This document shows, piece after piece, positions 25,344-34,889 of a stretch of 64,000 nt of DNA. This stretch comes from Takakia lepidozioides (taxonomy: Eukaryota > Plantae > Bryophyta): contig CM060733.1 in the NCBI GenBank assembly GCA_030704615.1, positions 6,076,001 to 6,140,000 on the forward strand, written 5' to 3'. Position numbers and translations under genes: made by a program. How positions within the stretch are numbered: position 1 is the stretch's first letter; the number at the start of each line of letters is the position of its first letter. The notes beneath the pieces were generated by a model. The model had not been told where the DNA came from. It saw nothing but the letters and a program-made list of their open reading frames with translations, and searched no databases.

Positions 25344-26800
25344 ATGCCACCAGCTGCTGAGGGGAGTGCCGGTACAAGCACCAGCGATACTAGTGGGTAC
25401 ACAAAACAAGGTGTGCGGTTTAGGCCACTTTCACCTTCAGTGTCTTCTGAGGAAGGTTCAGACTCGGAGTCAGGAGGATTCTCGCCGAGGGTGCAAGTCA
25501 TTTCCGTGCCATTATTGTGGGACACGATGGAGGAGATGTATGGAGCTACCAAGGGGCCACGTAGGTACTCTGGAGCTGTGGGCACCATCGAGCTTGATAA
25601 CCTTTTACAAGAGTTTGACAGTTGGTGCGATTTGCAGCAAATGCGCAATCCACAACTGTTTACGCCCTTTATGGCGTGGAAGGGGCTATTCCAGCACCTT
25701 GAGGGGCCGCCCATGGATGATTACCATGAATTTAGGCGGGGACATACGGTGGAGATTGAAGAGTGGCGAGAGTATTGGTCACCTAACTATGTCTCAATCA
25801 CTAGAGGCACAAGGGCAGCGGTGACACCAGCAACTACACAAACATCTCCAACTACAAGCACTAGTAGTGGAACAAGTAGTGCCGGTACTTCTGCAGGTGG
25901 TACCAGTTCAAAAGGTGCTACTACTTCTCCTGCCACAATTACAACACATGTGCCTAGATTCAACCCGGTGGTGGAGTTCTTCCAGGAGTTGCGGAGGAAC
26001 TACCAAGGTGTACGGACAGAGAAGCTGCGAAGTTTGCAAGACTTCCAGCGCAAATCCAGTGAGAGCTTGCGAGAGGCCTACACTCGTATGAGGCGCTTGA
26101 TAAGTGTGACCCAAGGGGTTACTGAAGCTCAGGCAGTCCAGTTCTGGTATGGAATTTTGGACAAGGAGCTCAAGAGAAGGGTACGGGATGCAACCCTGTT
26201 ACAAGCGGCCCAACCCACATTAGCGGATGTGTTTTTGTTGGTTGAGCGGATTGAGCTCAACATGGTGGAGGAGCGAGTTGTTACCATTGGATTTGACAAG
26301 GACATGCCTGCACGAGGTGCAGCTGCCAGTCAACAGGTACAAGGGACTGCCCAACAGCGTGGTCAGGGGATCTAAGGTTGCCCAACCCAAGTTCCATGGA
26401 GCTTACAGGGGACCTCAGGTGCAAAGGCCCGTGGCATCTTTTGCAGGCCAACAGCAACCAGAGGTGATATGTTGGACATGTGGAGGACCTCATGTCAAGA
26501 GAGATTGCCCAGAGAGTGGCAGAAGGCCGGCACAAGCACAGCCTGCACAGTTGCAGTGTGGGCATTGTGACAAGTATGGGCATGGAGATGCCCAGTGTTA
26601 TGACTTGCACCCTGAGTTGCGCCCAGGCCAGTTCCAAAAGAACAATGGTGGCCGGGGGCGAGGTGGACCAGCCCAGAGAGGACGAGGTGGTCGGGCACGA
26701 GGTGCAGGCCAAGGGCAAGCTCAACATGGCCAAGGACGCGGAGGTCAGGGTGTTGACCAAGACATGGCCAACCGGCTTCAGCAGCTAGAGCAGAGGCTCG
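25344..26800 (+). pseudogene. gag: Gag (capsid-like domain, two zinc knuckles, RGG-rich tract)
   Basis: Gag signature LQDFQRKSSESLREAYTRMRRL...FWYGILDKELKRRV. After a frameshift near 26370 come CWTCGGPHVKRDC, CGHCDKYGHGDAQC and GGRGRGG repeats. Confidence 0.88.
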
Positions 26801-27519
26801 CTGCCATGGCTACAGCTCAGGTGGTACCGGCTCCCAGGCGGGATGGTCCACCTCCTGCTCGTGAGGGAGGAGATATGGGAGGCATGGGATTCATGTGCGG
26901 AGCAGCACTACCACTAGTGCATGTGGAGTCTGCTGCAGCCGTAACTCAAGGAGTAGCACGAGTTCCTGAGCCACGAGGTGCAGAGGTGGAATTGGAACCA
27001 CATCGTGGGGAGGCAAGCCATCAGGCGAGGCTTCCTCAGTCATTCACATTGGCGGAGACAGTGTCGACGCCATCCATGGCACCTCGCCCGACTGTTACCG
27101 AGGCGGAGGTCACTATGTCATTGGGGAGAGCTACACGTGCAGCACTGACACCTGCTACCAAGGCTAGTGCAGCCGGTGTGTTATTGGGGGCAGCCACCTC
27201 TGTGTGTCAAGCCCCACTGTTCTCGGCAAGCATGATTGCGACGCTGGGGGTAAGACCGGCTGCAGTGTTCAGACTAGCAGCAACACTCTACGAGAGTGGG
27301 GAGATCACTTCATCTTCTGCGGAGTTACTGGAAGGTGTAGTGGCAGAGGGATCCTCGGATTTGAGGGTCAAGACTGCCACGGCTGCGCCATGGCAAGCTG
27401 CAGCTACCAGGTTGACGGAGCTGCCAGCTAGGCCAACCTTTGAGCGCGCCATGGTGACACCTGGAGTTGTCTTGTTAGACAACCAGGGAGGCATTTTCAC
27501 TTTGAGTGGACCGGCAGAC

Positions 27520-27830
27520 AAGAAGTACCGGCCACTGCGGGTCTTGTTGGACTTAGGAGCTCAGCCACTGATGTTGGGCAGAGCTGCTATTGCAGGTTTG
27601 GGCCTCATGGAGGCGGATATGGAGCCTTGTCCTTTCCAGATACAGACATCTCTGGGAGGATCAGAGCAGGCTCGGGGCATGACACGGCGTGAGTTGGCCA
27701 TTGGACTATAACCAGATCATCCTGTAGATGGCTCAGTGATGCGAGCCAAGGCCATTGTGACAGACGCGGTCTCTTACGATGTCCTTGTTGGTGGGGCAGT
27801 GTTATATCCCATGGGCTTCACCCTGGACTT
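27520..27830 (+). pseudogene. Retroviral-type aspartic protease
   Basis: RVLLDLGAQ (DSG expected; GAC TTA GGA is one C>T change from DSG) and downstream YDVLVG. In-frame TAA at 27709-27711. Confidence 0.75.
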
Positions 27831-28264
27831 TTGGGAGGAGTCAGCATCCTATAGGCCTGGATGGCAGTCAGGGGATGGTCATCGTGCACAGCTCCCTGTG
27901 GACATTCATTGGGGGTATTGCGGCTGCCCAGCGGGGCAAGATGCCAACACTAGCCGCCTTTACAGCTGCAGTTAGTTGGCCTAGAGAGTTGCTGGAAGGC
28001 AATGCCCATGCAGAGGATGTGCCACCTCCAGCAGAGCAGGATGACATGCATGGTATGGCGGAGTTGCCTGCCATGGTTGCTCACACTCCATTATGGGGTA
28101 CGAGCAAGGATTTGCAGCAGGCTGCTGATGGACGGGTACAACAAGCCTGGGTAGAGGCCTTCGTACCGTCAGGAGAAGAGGAGAGTGTGGTGATTGCACC
28201 AGGACCACCTCAGTTGTCGCCATTGGACACCACACCTCTTGTGTGGCAGTGCCCGGATGAAGAC

Positions 28265-29130
28265 ATATGCCTTCTGGACTTGTTTGGCGGGATCAGCACT
28301 GGATTGGCTGCAGTACTGCAGGCAGGTGTACGAGTTCAACGTTACCTGTATGTGGAGAGGGATGAGACTTCACGACGCGTCTCACTGCGCCATGTTGCTC
28401 AGTTGGTACAGCAGTACCCTGATTTGTTGCCAGTGTCTGCAGTTTGTGGATACCAACAAGCCTTACCAGCAGACATTTCATTGCTGGGGGTGCAGGATTT
28501 GGAGCGGGTTGGCTCCATTGATCTGGTAGTGGCAGGTTGGCCCTGCCAAGGGCATTTATCAGCCGGGCATGGCAATGGATTGCGAGACTCGAGGACGGGT
28601 CTGTTTTGGGAGATGGTGCGAATTTTGCGCCACTTGCAGCTTCATCAAGCTGTATCTCCAGCATACATCTTGGAGAATGTGCCACTGATGGGTGATTCTC
28701 GGGCCAGGCTGATGGCCAGTGTGCATCAAGTCCGGTCGTGGCTTGGGTCAGCAGTGTTGCTGGATGCAGCTGCAGTGGGGTCATGGGCTCATCGTCCACG
28801 GCTATGGTGGACTAACTTCATGCCACCCGCACTGCTCAAGCGTGCATTTGATGGGGTGCAGCGGGTAGCACACCTCACAGTAGATAGCATTTTGGACACA
28901 GGGAGGCAGTCTCAACGTGTGAGACATGATGACCGTTTGTCTTTGGCAGTGGTCAACAGGGTGGATCAACCACGAGCAACATTACCTACACTGCTTAGCT
29001 TCCCGGGATCCCATGCTTTTCGGGATGGTGGACCTGGCCTCTTGTGGGATAGTCAATTGCAACAATTAGTGGAGCCCGTCGTCAGGTGTTGGGGCAAGCA
29101 ATGGATCTCAATTGCTTGACCTGGATTATC
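28265..29130 (+). pseudogene. C5-cytosine DNA methyltransferase domain embedded in Pol
   Basis: Motif I LLDLFGGISTG, II YLYVERD, III ADI, IV DLVVAGWPCQG (PCQ at 28541-28549), V GLRDSRTGLFWE, VI ILENV (28673), VIII AHRPRLWWTN, and X RRQVLGQAMDL in the next frame (from ~29077). Motif IX is missing at the frameshift. Confidence 0.93.
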
Positions 29131-29565
29131 AGCTTGGCTATGGCTGAGCAGCGCAGAGTACGGAGTACACTTCCCTTCATGGTCTCCCTGCCTACCGAGA
29201 TGGTACAGGCAGCGAGTGGGGGCGAGCAGGTGAGGACCACGAGGTGCAGGCCGCATCCATGGCACACGTGGGAGGTGCTCGAGGTTCAGAAGGAGTTGGC
29301 AGCCAAGGCGGCGGTGATGGATCAGGTTGGGGATTTTTCTCAGATTGAGGAGGTCCTCAAGGATGGGATGATGGGGCAGGATGAGACATTGTCACTGACA
29401 GAGGAGGTAGTGGTCACTGCTCAAGAGGTTGCAGCATAGCAACCACGGGACGCGTCTTCTACCTCTAAGCCTGCTGGACTCAAGGTTGCAGTCACGGAGG
29501 ACAATTGGGAGCCTGATGTTGGACCTATAGTCACCGGAGGATAGAGACGACGTATACGGCGATTT

Positions 29566-30935
29566 TTGAGGGCTTACAGGAACTGCTTTGCCTTCAGTTT
29601 GAAGGACTTAGGAGCACTGAAGGGTCAAGAGATTCGCATTGAATTGGCTACTGACACGCCAATCTTTCGGAGACCCTATAGATATAGTGACATGGAGAGG
29701 TCCTTGATTCAGATGAGAACTCATGACCTTTGGGAGGCTGGTTTGGTGGAGCTATCTGGGGGAGAGTATGCTTCAGCCACAGTGATGCCAACCAAGAATG
29801 ATGTCTTTGGCAATTGGATGGAGAGACGTATGTGCGGTGATTACCGGCCTGTAAATCGTCAGACCAAGTCCGATAGGTATGCCATGCCAACACCAGAGGA
29901 GATCTTTGATGCCATTGGGCATGCCAAGGTCTTTAGCACGTTGGATTTACGATCCGGATATCACCAGTTGCCGATCAAGGAGGCGGATAAGCAAAAGACA
30001 GCATTCTGGGGGATCAATGAGCACGGGAAAGATTGCCTATACCAATGGCGATTCTTACCATTTGGGCTTAAGAACGCTCCGGCAGAGTTTCAGAGAGTCA
30101 TGGACAGGATTCTAGCAGGGGTGGGGAGTTGCTCGGTGCTACATAGATGACATCATCATCTTTAGTGCTACGGTGGAAAAGCATGAGAGACACCTTCAAG
30201 GGGTATTTGAGCGCTTGAGGGCGCACGGATTGAAGTTACATCCGGGAAAGTGCAAGTTTTTCCACAACCAGATTAAGTATCTGGGTCACATGATATATCC
30301 TGGAGGATTGGGGGTACAGCAGACTAAGGTAGAGTCCATTGCACAGGTTCCACACCCCACGGATGTGAGCCGAGTTCGAGCTTTCATGGGGTTGGCAATT
30401 TATTATAGACGGTTTGTTAAGGGATTTAGTGCCATTGCAAAGGCTCTAACCAAGCTGACCAAGGTGGACCAGGAGTGGCAGTGGGAAGATGAACAAGAAC
30501 AAGCTTTTCAAGAGCTCAAGGCGAGGTTGACCTCCGCGCCCATCTTGAGACGACCTATCAGGGGGTGTCCTTTTCAGCTGCATACAGATTGGAACATGCT
30601 GGGGCTTGGAGCGGTGCTCACACAGGTGGATGATGAGGGAAGAGAGTTCGTAGTGGCTTATGCTAGCCGCTCGAACAACGTTGCAGAGTCTAAGTATAGC
30701 TCATATGAGGGAGAATGCTTAGCTGCAGTGTGGGCCGTGGCACACTTCAGGTGCTATCTATACGGCAATCTCTTCACCCTTGTCACGGATCACCAACCAC
30801 TCAAGTGGATGATAGAGTCAGACAAGCTTACGGGGAAGCTTGCACGGTGGGCACTCATCCTTCAAGAGTATGACTTTCAGGTGGTGCATCGACCGGGTTT
30901 GGTCAATCGCAATGCAGATGGGTTGAGTCGCAATC
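29566..30935 (+). pseudogene. pol: Reverse transcriptase and RNase H
   Basis: RMCGDYRPVN, FSTLDLRSGYHQ, PFGLKNAPAEFQR, frameshift near 30125, YIDD at ~30140, YLGH. RNase H motifs LHTDW, ECLAAVWA, TDHQPL and NADGLSR. Confidence 0.96.
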
Positions 30936-31279
30936 CATGCACGAGCCAGCAGGATGACACTGGAGCTCGGTGGCATGGTGAGACGGACGAGGAGATGGTG
31001 CCCGGATGGCATGCATCTGCATTTCTGTGTATCTTGGCAGCGGAAGGCCAGGTTGGACCTGCAACAGGGATGACTGTAGATCAAGTGTCCAAGGACCCTG
31101 AGGCCAGCAATGAGCAAGGTGGCTCCAAAGATATACATGAGGATTCAGTTGTGTTGGACTACCTCCGCACTGGAGACACTCCAGCCACTGTGACTGCCAA
31201 GGAGAGGGATCGGATCCTACAACGAGCCAAGAGGTTCAAGTGGGAGGATGGTCGAGTGAGGATTGTGCCTCACCCAACA

Positions 31280-32550
31280 CAGCGGGCACGGTTAGTGCGG
31301 CATGCCCATGAGGAGTTGGGGCATTTTGGGGTGCGACGCACTCATAGTCTACTGCAGGGGCAGTATTGGTGGCGTGGTATGCACACAGAGGTGCAACAAT
31401 TTGTGGCTAGGTGCATGGTGTGTGTGACAGGGTGCGTGCTTCATTCAACGCCCCTACTCCACAATTGCACCCTCTTCCGATCATGGGATTGGGCTACAGG
31501 TGGAGTCTTGACTTCGCAGGGCCGTTGCCACTGACCATGCGCCACAACAAGTACGTGTTGGTGATGGTAGAGCACTTCTCCAAGTGGATTGAATTGGTTC
31601 CATTGCCTGATAAGGCTAGTGAGAGAGCTGCGTATGCATTCTTGGATTGTGTGCTTAGCCGATTCGGTGCTCCAGCTGAGGTACTCACGGACCAAGGGAG
31701 AGAGTTCTTGGGGGAGTTTCAGGCTTTGTATGACAAGGCCTTAATAGACCACCGCACCACTTCTCGGGATCATCCTGAGGCCAATGGCTTGGCAGAGAGA
31801 GTTGTTCAGACAGTAAAGAGGGGTTTGCGCAAGTATGGCTTGCAGAAGGGACACCTAGGAGATTGGGACCTTCAGTTACCCTGGTTAGCCATGGGCTACA
31901 GGTTCAGCAAGCAAACATCACTTGCCTCCTTCTCACCATACTTTCTTCTCTTTGGCCGAGAGCCGGATTTGCCTACATCCATTCGCAGAGAAGCTGCTAC
32001 AGTTCTTAACCTTGACGATCCGGACGTATGGGCACGTGCATGTGAGCAGCGTGCAGAGTTGTTCAAGAAAGTCATGCCCATGGCTTTCGAGAACCTTGCC
32101 ATTGCACAACATCGTGATACGTTGAGGTATGCTACCATACGTGGTGGGGGCTATCGTCCTGGGGTTCGGAGATTCAACCCTGGTGACTATGTTTATCTGC
32201 AGCAGACTGCTCCTATGACCTTGGATGTGACTGCAGGACGTACTATTTTGAGGGTTCGAGAGGTGTTGCCCTCAGGAGTCATGATCTTGGAGGGTCGGGA
32301 TGGCATGATTTGGAAGGACCATGTGCGTAATTGCGCGCCATGTCACCTTCCAAATGTTGATGGAATGGTTGACCCAAACCTGGCAGTGGTACCTGCAAGT
32401 TTGAGGTGCATGTTGTGTGGGTCTGCTAGAAAGGTAGCCACCATGCTGGTGTGTGATCAATGCTCTAGAGGTTGGCATATGGGATGCTTGACTCCACCTC
32501 TTGAGATGGTTCCTGATGGGGATTGGTTATGTCCGCATTGTATTGGATAG
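31280..32550 (+). pseudogene. Integrase with C-terminal PHD finger
   Basis: HHCC zinc domain HEELGH...CMVC (frameshift in a gt run near 31420); catalytic WSLDF, TDQG and AERVVQ. The C-terminus CMLC..VCDQCSRGWHMGCLTPPLEMVPDGDWLCPHC (32407-32541) is a C4HC3 PHD. Confidence 0.95.
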
Positions 32551-32796
32551 TGGGAGTAGATACAACCATGGAAGGCTAACAAGAAATGCAAGGCCAAGCT
32601 ACTAGGAGACCAACACACGAGATCCTGACTCAAGTTCACAGATTGCAAGACGACAACTAACGATGGGGTTGCTCTTGTACCCGGCCTCTTGGTCTATAGA
32701 GTTTGAGTACAATAGGGACAGTGATAGAGGACTTAGTACGGCTGTGGCTATTACATCTTGTAGCTATCTAGAGTTAGAGGGACCTAACCACCAGCT

Positions 32797-32806
32797 AGGG
32801 GGGCGA
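32797..32806 (+). promoter_or_regulatory. Polypurine tract
   Basis: aggggggcga immediately before TGTGG, ~250 bp after the integrase stop. Confidence 0.75.
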
Positions 32807-33190
32807 TTGTGGTATAGCTTTCTAGGATTGTGTGCTTAGATTGTGTGGTGGACAGCGATGTATGTTGTGGCACGATGCTTAGGTGCACGACAGCATTGTG
32901 GTATAGCTTTCTAGGATTGTGTGCTTAGATTGTGTGGTGGACAGCGATGTATGTTGTGGCACGATGCTTAGGTGCACGACAGTTCAATCCACCAATTGGT
33001 CTCATAAACTGTGTCGTGCGCATACATATCGCTACACAACTACATCGTTGTCCAAAACCACACAACACATGTGCACACCACACACTAGTATACCACTAGT
33101 CCAGCCACTAGTCTAACCACTAGGCTGCCACTAATCAGTCACTAGGCTGCCACTATGCTGTCCACTATGGCAGTCACTAATCCACCACAA
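32807..33190. repeat. Start of the 3' LTR duplicated in tandem (89-bp period), then an inverted related copy and an 11-12 bp ccacta minisatellite
   Basis: 32807-32893 is identical to 32896-32982. 33009-33097 is an imperfect reverse complement of it. ccactag..-type units run from ~33094 to 33181. Confidence 0.85.
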
Positions 33191-33339
33191 TGCATTGTGC
33201 CAGACAGATCAATCGGAGGTCAATGGAAAAGGGGGCCATACCCAAACCACCTTATGGAATTACACAGGTTGACAAATCCTGAATCATGTCACCTTCCATT
33301 TGTTGCATATGCATTAATGAGGTGGATTCGATGCAACGT

Positions 33340-34889
33340 ATGTGTGTAATTCACTAATTGTTGGGAGGGGGGGGTGCATAGGTATCGTGGGATGCACTGA
33401 TTGGGGGAGAGATTGATGCCGCAAACAAGGCCAAATTTGACTGGGCATGCGAAGCAACAACAGTCCGCCTTGACAAGCACGAATCCACACACAAGTGGGG
33501 CGCCGGCAGATCCAACGGTTATATCTTGCGATTAGTAAGTCGTACTTCCCTATGGATTTTGTTATGTCTTCTTTCTTGCTCCATCATCGCGAAGAACTGA
33601 CTTTAATTTGTGGCATGTGTAGCAACGCGCGTTTGAGAGGAAGCCATCTTCGGTAGAGTACAACTATGCCAATGAGCATGGTTGGCAATCCCTCATGAAG
33701 AACATGGCCAACACGGAGGGGATGAGTGCACTACAGTGCACTAGTATGGATGAGGTCGGGGGTCATGGCCAGGGATTGGATGTGAACTTTGTGGGACTTA
33801 GGGGAGCGCCGCCTCATTTAGGTGCTCTGGCAAAGGACGCGGAGTCATCAAACTCATTGGATAGCTCTGAGTCCTCCACTGAGGATGAGGATGAGGATGA
33901 GTAGTCATAGTCCATGTAGGTCCCAGGGTCAGCCTACTGAACCCTTGTGAGTTTTTCAGCTCATTTCCTGTAAATATATTTCCATCTTTTCATCTTCCAT
34001 CTTATTCATGTGTCGCACCGTTCTTACCCTCGATTCATGCTTGCTCAATTGTGTACCTGCTAGATCAGCGATATGGAACTGTAAGGTCTCATATCCCCAA
34101 AAACAAAACCAGGCAAAAAACAAAAAACCACCCCCAATTCACCCCCAAAATCAACCCCCAACACCCCCCCCCCCCCCCACCACCACCAGGCTGCCCTCGC
34201 GACTGCATGATGTCGCCAATGGCGACGTGCTTTTTGGGCGGGGGTCGCAAGCTGCGACGGTCGGACATCGCAAAACCCATTTGCGGGCGGCAACGCCCGA
34301 CACCCCCTACGACGTGTTTTTTTGGTTCGGGGGTCGCAAGCCGCGACGCCCTGGCATCGCGGAGCCCGCCACCCTGCCTGCGTCACGTTTTTTTTTTTTT
34401 TGATTAAATATAAAAAAAAACAACGCCAGAGCGTCGCGAAAACCCACGCCCGGGCGTGGCGGAGCCCGACTCTTGCTCCTGCTGTTTTTTTTTGCCTCGC
34501 CCAATAGTCGTTTGGCGTACCACCCCCTTACGCCACGTGTTTTGGGTTTTAGGATGGGACTCGAAAAAAAAGGGGATGCGACGCCGCGCTGGCGCCCCCA
34601 CCAATGCCATCGGCTGGAGGGCCGCGACGGCGAGATGTCGCTCGAAGGAGGCCCCTGCCATCGGCGCGGACGGCATGAAAAGCGACGTCCGGCAGTCGCG
34701 GGAGTTGGGGCGGGGGCTTGCGACCCCCATACGTCGCATTTTTGCGACGCCATTTTGGCGACGCCCATGCGACTGCCGGACGACTGTCGGGCGACGCAAA
34801 TTCTGCGCCTGCCCCCTGCTCAAAATCGGCGTTTTCCCGACGTTGCGGCGTGGCTCGAGCGTCGCAAAGGCCCCCCTTTTCCTGTAGTG
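33340..34889. mobile_element. One end of a CACTA/EnSpm DNA transposon inserted in a gag gene
   Basis: Terminus ...ccccttttcctgtagtg (CACTACAGGAAAAGGGG on the minus strand) at 34889. Dense direct and inverted gcgacg subterminal repeats at 34190-34870. Two exon-like segments (+) end in an acidic tail SSTEDEDEDE* at 33904. Other TIR not found. Confidence 0.85.

Larger units (their letters stand above)
25344..32982 (+). mobile_element. Ty3/Gypsy LTR retrotransposon, internal region gag-PR-DNMT-RT-RH-INT-PHD, degenerate
   Basis: Collinear ORFs 25344-26375, 26227-27711, 27736-27975, 27779-29119, 29086-29439, 29566-30150, 30173-31534 and 31411-32550 show the Gypsy domain order (RT-RH before INT). 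PPT at 32797-32806 and a TG-starting 3' LTR at 32808. Confidence 0.96.

Noticed and set aside
26355-26380. Programmed gag-pol frameshift
   Set aside because: It falls before the zinc knuckles, no clear slippery heptamer is present, and the element has several other mutational frameshifts.
28265-29130. Bacterial restriction-modification methylase (contamination) or host DRM/CMT/MET1 gene
   Set aside because: Intronless and collinear within Gypsy Pol. Motif order is not permuted as in DRM, there are no BAH or chromo domains, and there are no bacterial neighbours.
32808-32892. Complete 85-bp mini-LTR (TGT...ACA)
   Set aside because: No copy upstream of gag, and the duplication extends beyond the CA, so a local tandem duplication is simpler.
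33094-33181. Left CACTA TIR among the many cacta words
   Set aside because: None continues as CACTACAGGAAAA; they form a minisatellite.
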